Shown in pieces: positions 18,218 through 27,170 of a stretch of DNA of 64,000 nt. Location: NCBI GenBank assembly GCA_045132775.1, contig JBGUSX010000116.1:24476-88475 (forward strand), written 5' to 3'. Positions within the stretch are counted from its first letter, which is position 1; every line of letters begins with the position of its first letter. Below the pieces are notes generated by a model, which worked only from the letters and a program-made list of their open reading frames with translations, had not been told where the DNA came from and did no database searches. The translations under genes were made by a program, and so were the position numbers. Source of the stretch: Eubacteriales bacterium (GTDB lineage Bacteria; Bacillota; Clostridia; Oscillospirales; CAG-272).

Positions 18218-20344
18218 TTAGTTAAAATAGTATGGCAAAGTTGATGTGTGATATGATGTTTTTATCACGATAGTACCATCCCAAACACCAGTATCTGGAA
18301 TTTCATCTGCTTGACAATTTCGTCCATTTACAATTTTTTGATATGAGCATAGAGTATAGCTTCCATTATTAACAGGCAGCGGATCAAGTATGACAAATCT
18401 AGTTGTTCCGTTTATATCAATATACCCACATATCACGGTAGCGTGTCCACTGTTTCTGCTTGTTGAATCATTAATATTACCATACCATCCTCTTGCAATA
18501 TAAATAACATATCCCTCATCCAAGAAATTCTTTAATATTGCTTCAGAGTAAATTCTATAGTCTAATACACTTGTGTTGAATGAAGCTGACGAAATATTAG
18601 AAATATAGTAATCCATAGCCTTCGCAGCTTCAGCATTGGTTCCTCCCGAATTTACCACCGATCCTTTTACATGTTGAACTGCATGTGATTGCGTATACAA
18701 CACACCAGGATAGTGATTTCGCGCAAACATTCTTGCACTTGCCGCCCAACACCAATTACTTTCTTGCTGTCCTTCAACAGCAATATTCATAAGTGAACCT
18801 ATTTCAAAAATGTACCACTCATCTCTATAGTCTAAATCGTTTACATGGGCAAGCATAGTAAGGTCTGCACCGTTGCCGCTAGTGCTTGTTGATGTTGAAA
18901 GAACCTTCCCGCTCAATGCTGAGGCCTTGCAGGATATTTTATATCTTCCGTTTGAGGTTTCGGTCAGTTTCCATAGGGTATAGTCCGTGACGGTCGTATA
19001 CTGCTTGACCTTTGTAGTATCCGAGGAGTCGACTCCAAGATATTTACCGCTGTTCACGTTTTTTATCTTGAAATATCCACCGCCGCCAAGCTCAAAAATC
19101 CACTGCATCTTGGCGTGCGTACCAAAAGCGTTTTGCTGAACGATTCCTCCATCGGAGAGTGATCCGCTATCGACCTCCATATACCTTCCTGTGCCAACAT
19201 TCTGAACATATGCCACATCTCCCGCAATATCGGGAATAACCGTATACGTATACGAGTTCGTGTGTGTCGCGGTTGTCGAAGGGTCCGTGCGGATCTCGGC
19301 TTTCAGCCTGAAATCTCCACTCTTTTTTCCTGTTACGATAGCCCCGCCTGCGTAATCATCCCAAGTTGAAATTGCTATATCTGTGTAGCCCGACTCGACA
19401 GACATATAAGGAGTGTTTGCTCCGATAACGGTCGACCAGCCTTTTATCCACACCGTGCCGTTCTTGCCTTCAGCAAGTCCGTTGCTCATCGATACCGTCT
19501 GCGTTCTCGCGGTGCCGTACTTTATATTTCCCGTATACGCGGTGAACTTCCATTTTCCACGGTTTCCGGCTGCAGACGAAGTACTTAGGATAAGCTGTGC
19601 CGCGGCGGGATCATTTTCTCCCGACACGGTGGTATTCGGTGCGGCAAGAACGCTCGTGCTCCCGTACGGATGTATTGTGTATACACCGCCCGATTGCAAT
19701 ATCGTATACGTGGTATTCACATTTGAATCGTTGGTATTGATATATCCCGTGGAAAATTTATTTATGTCAATATCCGTGCCCGTAGTGAAGGACATCCTAT
19801 TATTAAGCATCGATCTTATTACGTATTGATTGGTGTTCCCAATTCTCGACACCTTAAAAAGCGAGGATCTTGAAAAATTCGTCAGCGGTGTGTTGCTTGA
19901 ATAATTCTGCTGGACCATTCTGTACCCCGCCACCGCGTAGTTATTCTCTACCGTCATATAGTAGTTGTCGTTGCCTACGTTTTCTATCTCGTAAACTCCG
20001 TCGGGTAAAACCACGGGTTCGAGAGGTCCTAAATCGCTCGGGTCTGCACCGCCTCCGATCTGTGTCATAGGCGGTGCGCTCATAGCCGTGTTTTCTATTT
20101 CGTATTCGTCATAGAATATTTCCGTCTCTTCTTCGGCAGGGGCTGACGTGCTGTTCTCGGGTTCCGTGGCGGTCGCTGTATCATTTTCTTCAATGAGAGG
20201 CTCATTAACAAGATTTTCGTCTGCGTCTGCCTCTGTCTCTTCGTTGACTGCATAAGCTGTCAGAGTGCCATAGGGGAAAAGCATAACTGCTGTAATGAAT
20301 GCCAAAGCAAACGACAATACTTTCATCTTAAGCGTACGTTTCAT
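18218..20344 (-). CDS. Secreted ricin-B lectin-domain protein with C-terminal papain/C39-like cysteine peptidase
   Basis: Signal peptide; beta-trefoil repeats (GVYEIENVG, QWIF...GYFKIKNVNSGKYL); QQESNWCWAA...GHATVICGY...ILDP catalytic pattern. Confidence 0.85.
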   Translation of the reverse strand: MKRTLKMKVLSFALAFITAVMLFPYGTLTAYAVNEETEADADENLVNEPLIEENDTATATEPENSTSAPAEEETEIFYDEYEIENTAMSAPPMTQIGGGADPSDLGPLEPVVLPDGVYEIENVGNDNYYMTVENNYAVAGYRMVQQNYSSNTPLTNFSRSSLFKVSRIGNTNQYVIRSMLNNRMSFTTGTDIDINKFSTGYINTNDSNVNTTYTILQSGGVYTIHPYGSTSVLAAPNTTVSGENDPAAAQLILSTSSAAGNRGKWKFTAYTGNIKYGTARTQTVSMSNGLAEGKNGTVWIKGWSTVIGANTPYMSVESGYTDIAISTWDDYAGGAIVTGKKSGDFRLKAEIRTDPSTTATHTNSYTYTVIPDIAGDVAYVQNVGTGRYMEVDSGSLSDGGIVQQNAFGTHAKMQWIFELGGGGYFKIKNVNSGKYLGVDSSDTTKVKQYTTVTDYTLWKLTETSNGRYKISCKASALSGKVLSTSTSTSGNGADLTMLAHVNDLDYRDEWYIFEIGSLMNIAVEGQQESNWCWAASARMFARNHYPGVLYTQSHAVQHVKGSVVNSGGTNAEAAKAMDYYISNISSASFNTSVLDYRIYSEAILKNFLDEGYVIYIARGWYGNINDSTSRNSGHATVICGYIDINGTTRFVILDPLPVNNGSYTLCSYQKIVNGRNCQADEIPDTGVWDGTIVIKTSYHTSTLPYYFN

Positions 20345-20370
20345 TTATACAATTCTCCTATTCTTTTTAT

Positions 20371-20820
20371 TTATTTGTACTCGTATTCGAGGGTCTCCTC
20401 GATCACGTCTTTTTGTCCGTTATTTCCTGTAATCTCAAGAGTTATACGTGCGCGGTACATTCCTTTACCGTTTACTGTAAAAGTGTTGCTTAAAACTCCG
20501 TTTGGATTGGTTGACGAAGCCACCCATTGGTTATTTGTATACCCAATGTCCACAACATTCCAGAAAACCAATAAAAATCTTTTCTCAATTTTTACCGTTA
20601 CGGTTGCCTTTTGGAAAATGCTACTGTCAGCTACGTATCTGACACTTACAGTCGCTTTATTGGTATTTGCGATTGTAAAAGTAGATGAGCTATTCAATGC
20701 TACATTCAAACGAGGCATAATTTCCCGTGTTTCGTCCTCCGCGAATGCGACAAATGTTCCCGATAAAAGAATCGCGAACGTCAATAAAAATGTCAAGCTT
20801 GTTTTTAAAAAATTCTTCAT
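20371..20820 (-). CDS. Small secreted beta-rich hypothetical protein
   Basis: Signal peptide ending AFA, I.PR motif after it, KIEKR..L.FW and G.YRA motifs. Confidence 0.75.
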   Translation of the reverse strand: MKNFLKTSLTFLLTFAILLSGTFVAFAEDETREIMPRLNVALNSSSTFTIANTNKATVSVRYVADSSIFQKATVTVKIEKRFLLVFWNVVDIGYTNNQWVASSTNPNGVLSNTFTVNGKGMYRARITLEITGNNGQKDVIEETLEYEYK

Positions 20821-20898
20821 TTCTGTCTTTCCTTTCTTTGAACAAAAAATTTGAATGGTCTGGTCTATTATGGCTTTTTGCCTAGTTTTTACCTCCTT

Positions 20899-20936
20899 CA
20901 TAATGTAATACCGACATTTTCAAGATTTTTCTTCAA
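20899..20936 (-). promoter_or_regulatory. Candidate ECF-dependent promoter, copy 2
   Basis: TTGAAG-N16-TCGGTATTACATTATGA; same motif and spacing as 22260-22298. Confidence 0.7.
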
Positions 20937-20979
20937 TCAAACAGAAATATTAACAAAAAGTTCACAAATTTTGATGAGT

Positions 20980-21648
20980 TTACTTTATGCCTTCGATGGT
21001 TTTTAGCACTTCATTTTCTATCAATTCGTTCGAGCAAATGATTGTCAGCAAATATTTTTCGTCGAGCCAGATATATGTAGTGGTTTTTTCTGTTGTGCGG
21101 ACATAAATTTCAGTTCCGTTGTGATCAATTACCGCTACATTATCGGTGTCATTGTCTATGATAATGTTATTGGATGCGCCCAACGGACATTGATCAAGCA
21201 TGATTAAATTTCCGCTTTCGTCATAATAGATGGTTGAAACACTCGCATCGCTTACAGCTCTGTCTGCCAATACATATCCCTCGGGTATGTATGTCAACTC
21301 ATACACTTCCTCTATTGTTGACACGGTGTTTTTATCATCATTAACGAAATCAACGTTAACATATTCCTCATAAAATGTCTCAATAAAAGAGCCGATCTCG
21401 TTGCGGTACACGTAAGCAGTACATCCGGCAAGCAGAAGAAGCGCGGCGGCGACAAGAATAGCGATAAGTCTCTTTTTGCCCATCCTTTGCTCTATAGCCT
21501 TTCCCGTTGCTATTATTTCAAGCATCGCGGCTTTATGCTCTTCGCTGCAGGGGGCGGATTCGGTACTGTTGGCAAGCTCTTGCTCAAATTTGATTGACAG
21601 TCCTTCAACCAACGCTTTCCCGAACAGTCTCACGTCTTTTTTATACAT
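20980..21648 (-). CDS. Putative anti-sigma factor, DUF4367-like
   Basis: Cytoplasmic N-terminus, one TM, Y.LTYIPEGY and W......LTI motifs; overlaps the ECF sigma stop codon. Confidence 0.8.
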   Translation of the reverse strand: MYKKDVRLFGKALVEGLSIKFEQELANSTESAPCSEEHKAAMLEIIATGKAIEQRMGKKRLIAILVAAALLLLAGCTAYVYRNEIGSFIETFYEEYVNVDFVNDDKNTVSTIEEVYELTYIPEGYVLADRAVSDASVSTIYYDESGNLIMLDQCPLGASNNIIIDNDTDNVAVIDHNGTEIYVRTTEKTTTYIWLDEKYLLTIICSNELIENEVLKTIEGIK

Positions 21649-22198
21649 TCTTCTTTCCCTCCACTGCGGCAATTAGTAGCTTTTTTCCTCGGCTCAGTCT
21701 TGTATACACCGTTTTTTCGGATATGCCCATAAGCCCGGCTATATCCTTTACACTCATATCTTGGGAATAGTGGTAGAGGAGCGTCAGACTGTACTTTTCA
21801 TCCAGCTCCCCAATAGCCTTTACGACTTGATCGTAGTTTTCCCTTATTGATAATGACTCAAAGAAGTCCTTGTCGGAGACGTCGCAATACTCGTCGCCCA
21901 AGGGATCCACTCGCTTGTAATCCGCAATAAAGCTGTTGGCTTCATTGGCGGCAATAGAAAGAACGTAAGCTCTCAGTTCCTTTTCAGAAGCTCCGAGATC
22001 GATCTTCTTTATGTATTTGCATATCTTCAAAAAAGCGTTCTGAAGCACGTCCTCTGCGTCGCTCTCATAGCTTTTTATCCCGGCTCTCTTGAGCCTTTCT
22101 TTAGCTATACGCATCATTGCGTTGTGATAGCGATCAAATAAGTATTCTATTTTCGGTTTGTCTTCTCTATCGACCTGAGAAATCAGAAATAACAGCAT
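21641..22198 (-). CDS. ECF-type RNA polymerase sigma-70 factor
   Basis: Region 2 DAEDVLQNAFLK; region 4 L.EKY...L.....S.KDIA..MGISEKTV.TRLSRGKK.L. Confidence 0.93.
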   Translation of the reverse strand: MLLFLISQVDREDKPKIEYLFDRYHNAMMRIAKERLKRAGIKSYESDAEDVLQNAFLKICKYIKKIDLGASEKELRAYVLSIAANEANSFIADYKRVDPLGDEYCDVSDKDFFESLSIRENYDQVVKAIGELDEKYSLTLLYHYSQDMSVKDIAGLMGISEKTVYTRLSRGKKLLIAAVEGKKNV

Positions 22199-22259
22199 AT
22201 TTTCATTTCCGCATCAAAAAGGGATAGAAAAGCCCCTTTTGGCACGGTTTTATCCTCTC

Positions 22260-22298
22260 TCATAATATAATACCGATTTTTTTCTCTTTTTTCTTCAA
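22260..22298 (-). promoter_or_regulatory. Candidate ECF-dependent promoter, copy 1 (autoregulatory)
   Basis: TTGAAG-N16-TCGGTATTATATTATGA upstream of the sigma gene. Confidence 0.7.
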
Positions 22299-22333
22299 AT
22301 TTTCAAAAATATTTAAAAAATTTTTTATCATAC

Positions 22334-22465
22334 AAAAAAATACGCACAGCAAGTCCTTTTCAGACAACCGTGCGCGTACGTTTTATTTTGAGATCAAGCT
22401 ATAGACTGTCACCCGCAACAAAATACCGCGTAATTGTCGGGCTAACGTGGGATCTTTTCCCCTGT
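22334..22465 (-). ncRNA. Candidate structured RNA or attenuator of about 130 nt, family not recognised
   Basis: TTGACA-N18-TAAAAT promoter upstream (22472-22501), internal stems, intrinsic terminator with T7, no ATG. Confidence 0.55.
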
Positions 22466-22631
22466 GGCTATATTTTAACACATCCACAGGCCGTATGTCA
22501 ATAGCACTTAAATTATTTACTATTTATTTACTATTATTTGCGGTGGGGACTATTGAAAAGATTTTTTTGGTATGGTATAATTTATGTTGTACACTTCAAA
22601 ATCTGACATTGCAATTGCAAGAGGTAAATAA

Positions 22632-24074
22632 ATGGTATTTTCGAGTCTGTTTTTTGTTTTTTTCTTCCTTGTTGTTTCTTACGGGGCTTATTTTGCCGCC
22701 AGAAAAATGAAAACGAGGAATATTATTTTACTCGTCTCATCGCTGATATTCTACGCGTGGGGCGGTCCTGCGCTCGTCCTGCTCCTCTGTCTTATGACAT
22801 TTATCTGCTGGATCGGTGCGCTTATTATTGAACAGAATACTTTTCCGAGGCTAAGGCTTGCTCTTTGCTGGATAACGGCGGCTATATGCATTGCCATTCT
22901 CTTTATTTTCAAATACGCAGGATTTACGCTCTCGGTCACTTACTCTATCTTCGGTATTGAGTCTGCTATTCCCTCCATTGCCCTTCCTATCGGAATCTCC
23001 TTCTACACCTTCCAGCTCATCTCCTACGTCATTGACGTTTATCGCGGTGAGGTCGAGGCGCAGAAGCGTTACTGGCTCTTGCTCCTCTACGCGTCACTCT
23101 TCCATCAGTGCATTGCGGGTCCTATCGTCCGCTACGCTGACGTTAACGATGATATCAACAACCGCGTTGTGACTCTTGACGAGGTGAGCCGCGGTATATC
23201 GCGCTTCTCGGTTGGTCTTGCAAAAAAGGCTTTGCTTGCCAACGGCTGCGGTGTAATTACAGACACTATCTTCAACCAAAACGGTGTTATGATGGGTGCT
23301 GAGGGCATTTCCGCGCTCCCAAGTGCCGCAATACTCTTAGCCTCGCTTTGCTACATGCTTCAGCTTTATCTCGACTTCTCGGCTTACTCGGATATGGCTA
23401 TCGGTATGGGTCTTATGGTCGGATTCCACTACAAAGAGAATTTCAACTACCCCTATATTGCTCACAGTGCGACGGACTTCTGGAGACGCTGGCACATGTC
23501 CCTCTCCTCATTCTTCCGCGATTACGTTTACATACCTCTCGGCGGAAACAGAGTTTCTGTTCCCCGTCACATACTCAACATGTTCTGCGTCTGGGCACTT
23601 ACGGGAATATGGCACGGCGCAAACTGGAACTACATTTTATGGGGACTATACTGGTTCCTCTTCCTCGTGCTTGAAAAGTATCTTATCAAGCCGAAAAAGG
23701 ACCCGAAGCTTTTGCCGAGGATGGTTGGAGTTGCGCTTACTCTCATCGTGACCTTCTTCTCGACTATGCTCTTTAAGTTCAACGACCTTGCGGCACTCGG
23801 ACAGGCTGTTGCCAACATTTTCGTCTCGAACGGCAAGGGATTTTCCGACACTGCGACAGACCTTTTGTTCAAGAATAATATTTTCTTCCTTTTAACTGCG
23901 ATCCTTGCCTGCACACCTATTATCCCTGCGATAAGAGATCTTTGTAAGAAAAACATAATAAGTGAGCGTATCTGCGTTGCCGTCTCGACGGTTACTCCCG
24001 TTTTGCTTATTATCGTTTCCGCGTTTGCGCTTGCGGGCGACAGCTACAATCCTTTCCTTTATTTCCAATTCTGA
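22632..24074 (+). CDS. MBOAT family O-acyltransferase (AlgI/PatA-like)
   Basis: LPIGISFYTFQ, AGPIVRY, DFSAYSDMAIG, ENFNYPY, FWRRWHMSLS, GIWHGANW. Confidence 0.95.
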   Translation: MVFSSLFFVFFFLVVSYGAYFAARKMKTRNIILLVSSLIFYAWGGPALVLLLCLMTFICWIGALIIEQNTFPRLRLALCWITAAICIAILFIFKYAGFTLSVTYSIFGIESAIPSIALPIGISFYTFQLISYVIDVYRGEVEAQKRYWLLLLYASLFHQCIAGPIVRYADVNDDINNRVVTLDEVSRGISRFSVGLAKKALLANGCGVITDTIFNQNGVMMGAEGISALPSAAILLASLCYMLQLYLDFSAYSDMAIGMGLMVGFHYKENFNYPYIAHSATDFWRRWHMSLSSFFRDYVYIPLGGNRVSVPRHILNMFCVWALTGIWHGANWNYILWGLYWFLFLVLEKYLIKPKKDPKLLPRMVGVALTLIVTFFSTMLFKFNDLAALGQAVANIFVSNGKGFSDTATDLLFKNNIFFLLTAILACTPIIPAIRDLCKKNIISERICVAVSTVTPVLLIIVSAFALAGDSYNPFLYFQF

Positions 24075-24083
24075 CTGAGGAAT

Positions 24084-24201
24084 GCGTGAAGGTTAAATCC
24101 ACTTGATAGGAAGAAATGCTTTTTCACGCATGACTTTTGCCTTGCGGCAAAACTCACCGAAAATATTTATGCCGCCTTTGGCGGCGGAATCGAGATTAAT
24201 T
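24084..24201 (+). repeat. Three-hairpin intergenic element, copy B (homolog at 3545-3659)
   Basis: Colinear similarity and shared stems with copy A; ends at the DHHW gene start codon. Confidence 0.75.
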
Positions 24202-25464
24202 ATGGATAAATTCTATGAAAAGAGCGCGAAGCTCAAGATAATTCTCGCCGTCTCGGTCACTGTTCTGCTATTTATCATCGGGCTTGCTTTCTTTGCCCGT
24301 CCCACTATTTCCGAGAACGAAAAGCGCGAGCTGACCAAGTTTCCGAAGTTCACCTTTGAGGCGTTTTTATCGGGTGAATATACCTCGCAGATAAGTCTTT
24401 GGTTTTCCGACACCTATCCCCTGCGCGAGCCTATGATCGAGGCTAACGGTATGATCCAGGAGCTTCACGGCATCCGCGACGAGCAGGTTATCGGCGGCGG
24501 CGAGGCTGACGACATTCCCGCAGGTCCTGCCGACATTGTCTTCAACCCGACCGACGACGGTAAGGGTGAGGGATTTGAGGGCATGTACCTCAACGGTGAC
24601 ACCGCTTATCAGCTTTACTTCTTCAACAAGCAAAACTCCGACTCATACGTTGCTCTGATCAACAAATTTGCCGCGAGCGTTGAGGGTAAGGCTCAGGTTT
24701 ACGATATGATCGTTCCCCTGCACTATCAGATCGCCCTTTCAAAGGAGACGGTCGACAAATACGGAGCTTCGGACTGCAAAGAGGCTATAGACTACATGTA
24801 CGGCAATCTTTCGGACAGCATCATCTCGGTCGACACTCTTCCGAATCTCATTTCTCACAACGACGAATACCTCTATTTCCGCACCGACCATCACTGGACG
24901 GCGAGGGGCGCATATTACGCTTATCTTGCCTTTTGCGAGGAAAAAGGCATTGAACCGACGGACCTTGAGTCCTATCGGCGTCTTGAATTCAAAGGCTTCC
25001 TTGGTACCTTCTACGCGAACGCAAAGCAGCCGGTTGCAATGAAGCAAAATCCCGACTACGTTGAGGCATTTGTGCCTATGGGTACGAATGAAGAGGTCGT
25101 TTACGATTCGAACGGCAACAAGATCGCCGAATACGCGATAGTTTACACCAAAGCCGATAAGTACGACGCAGGCAAGAAATATACCGCGTTCATCGGCGGA
25201 GACCAGCCGCTTATTGAGATTCACAACCCGAACGTTGCCGATGGCTCGTCTGTTGTGGTCGTTAAGGAATCCTACGGAAACGCGTTTATTCCTTTCCTTG
25301 TTGATTCTTATGAGCACGTTTACGTTATCGACTACCGTCAGTGGAGCGGGGATCTTGCTGATTTCGTTATTTCAAAAGGAATTGACGACGTTCTTTTCCT
25401 GAACGTTGTAAGCAATACCTCGACGTCCGCGAGACTTAAGGAGCTCTCCAAAATTATTAAATAA
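24202..25464 (+). CDS. DHHW family protein (AlgJ/SGNH-like partner of the MBOAT)
   Basis: SENEKREL..FP, YFRTDHHWT..GAY, KESYGNAFIPFL motifs. Confidence 0.9.
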   Translation: MDKFYEKSAKLKIILAVSVTVLLFIIGLAFFARPTISENEKRELTKFPKFTFEAFLSGEYTSQISLWFSDTYPLREPMIEANGMIQELHGIRDEQVIGGGEADDIPAGPADIVFNPTDDGKGEGFEGMYLNGDTAYQLYFFNKQNSDSYVALINKFAASVEGKAQVYDMIVPLHYQIALSKETVDKYGASDCKEAIDYMYGNLSDSIISVDTLPNLISHNDEYLYFRTDHHWTARGAYYAYLAFCEEKGIEPTDLESYRRLEFKGFLGTFYANAKQPVAMKQNPDYVEAFVPMGTNEEVVYDSNGNKIAEYAIVYTKADKYDAGKKYTAFIGGDQPLIEIHNPNVADGSSVVVVKESYGNAFIPFLVDSYEHVYVIDYRQWSGDLADFVISKGIDDVLFLNVVSNTSTSARLKELSKIIK

Positions 25465-25466
25465 AC

Positions 25467-25500
25467 AAAAAAATCCCGACGCTGTGCGTCGGGATTTTTT
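25467..25500. terminator. Bidirectional terminator
   Basis: aaaaaaatcccgacgc-tgt-gcgtcgggatttttt. Confidence 0.85.
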
Positions 25501-25502
25501 CC

Positions 25503-27149
25503 TTATTCAACTGAAATGATGTAATCGTAGAGGGGCTGTCCGCCGTAGAGGACTGCGACCTCACATGAAATTCCGAGCTTCTCCGATATTTTTGCTCCGA
25601 ATTCCTCTGCTCTCTCCTCGCTCACTCCCTCACCGTAGAACACGGTGACGTAGGATGCGCCTGTCATTCCTCTGATAAGCTGCTTTGCACAGCTGAAGCT
25701 ATCGTTGGATACGCATGCGATCTTTCCTTCAACAAGTCCGAGGTACTGTCCCTTGGTGATGCTGAAGCGGTCGATCTGCGTGTCTCTTACCGCGAAGGTT
25801 ACTGACATAGACGTTACCATTGCCATAGCTTCCTTCATCTCTGCGACGATCTCATCGGGCTCTCCGTCGGGGTTGTATGCGATCATTGCGCTCATACCCT
25901 GGGGAACGGTCTCTGTCGGGATAACGATGACCTTTCTCTCGGTTACGATCTGCGATGCCTGATTTGCTACCATGCAGATATTCTTGTTATTGGGAAGAAT
26001 GAACACGTACTCCGAGGGGGTCTTCATAACCGCATCGATGATATCCTGCGTTGAGGGGTTCATCGTCTGTCCACCTGTGATTATGTTATCAACTCCGACG
26101 TCGGTGAACATTGCGCTGACGCCCTCGCCCATACACACGCTTACAAAGCCGTACTTCTTTTCGATAGTTACCGTCTTTTTCTCGGGTGCGGGTGCTTCTG
26201 CGCTCTTGCTTTCCGAAACAAGCTCTGTATGCTGATTTCTCATATTCTCGATCTTGACGGTCGCAAGGCTACCGAATTCGATTGCCTTTGTCAGTACCGC
26301 ACCGGGATCGTTAGTATGGATATGGAGCTTGATTATGCTCTCGTCGTCAACGAAAACTGCACTGTCGCCTATGCTCTTGATGAACTCATAGAGCTCGCCC
26401 GAGGTGTCCTCGCCGAGATACTTTTCATTCTTATCAACGATACACTCGGTGCAATATCCGAACTTGATATCCTCGCTATTAAAGTCCGAGAAGTCTGCGG
26501 CGATCTTCGCCTCGCTGACTCCCTCTTTCTTTTCGGCAACGTAAGGGTTACCGTCAAGTGCGGCTACCATACCCTGAAGAACGCATACAAATCCTGCGCC
26601 TCCTGCGTCAACTACTCCTGTCTGCTTAAGTACGGGGAGCATTTCGGGGGTCTGTGCCAATGCGTCCTCTGCTCCTTTGAGTACAACATCAAAAAGCTTC
26701 TTTACGCCTATTCTCTTATTTGCAAGGTAAGCCTTCTCTGCTTCCTCGCCGCTGAGTCTCATAACCGTGAGTATCGTTCCCTCTGTGGGCTTCATTACTG
26801 CGCGGTACGCCTCTGTCGTTCCTCTCTTGAGTGCCTCGACAAGCTCGCCTGCTCCAGCCTCGTCAACTCCCTTGAGTGCCTTTCCGACACCTCTGAAGAA
26901 GAGCGACAGGATCGCGCCGGAGTTTCCTCTTGCACTTCTGAGCATAAGTCCCGCGATCTTCTCTGCGGTCTCGCCGACTCCTGCGGTCTCTGCGTTGCCG
27001 ACCGTGCTCATTGTGAGGCTCATATTTATTCCCGTATCTCCGTCCGGAACGGGAAATACGTTGAGGTTATTTATCTCCTCCATTTTATTCGAGAGCAATG
27101 CCGCTCCCGACTCTGCCATGCTTCGATACAAGCTTCCTGTGATCTTCAT
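25503..27149 (-). CDS. fakA: DAK2-domain fatty acid kinase catalytic subunit (FakA/YloV)
   Basis: NNLNVFPVPDGDTG.NM, ARGNSG, EGTILTV, GYCTE, GGQTMNPST, GGQPLYDY. Confidence 0.95.
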   Translation of the reverse strand: MKITGSLYRSMAESGAALLSNKMEEINNLNVFPVPDGDTGINMSLTMSTVGNAETAGVGETAEKIAGLMLRSARGNSGAILSLFFRGVGKALKGVDEAGAGELVEALKRGTTEAYRAVMKPTEGTILTVMRLSGEEAEKAYLANKRIGVKKLFDVVLKGAEDALAQTPEMLPVLKQTGVVDAGGAGFVCVLQGMVAALDGNPYVAEKKEGVSEAKIAADFSDFNSEDIKFGYCTECIVDKNEKYLGEDTSGELYEFIKSIGDSAVFVDDESIIKLHIHTNDPGAVLTKAIEFGSLATVKIENMRNQHTELVSESKSAEAPAPEKKTVTIEKKYGFVSVCMGEGVSAMFTDVGVDNIITGGQTMNPSTQDIIDAVMKTPSEYVFILPNNKNICMVANQASQIVTERKVIVIPTETVPQGMSAMIAYNPDGEPDEIVAEMKEAMAMVTSMSVTFAVRDTQIDRFSITKGQYLGLVEGKIACVSNDSFSCAKQLIRGMTGASYVTVFYGEGVSEERAEEFGAKISEKLGISCEVAVLYGGQPLYDYIISVE

Positions 27150-27170
27150 ATCAAAATCTCCCAGTGTTTA

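Noticed and set aside
22440-22460. GATCCCACGTTAG resembles a segment of the raiA motif RNA
   Set aside because: The rest of the raiA consensus and its roughly 200-nt length are absent
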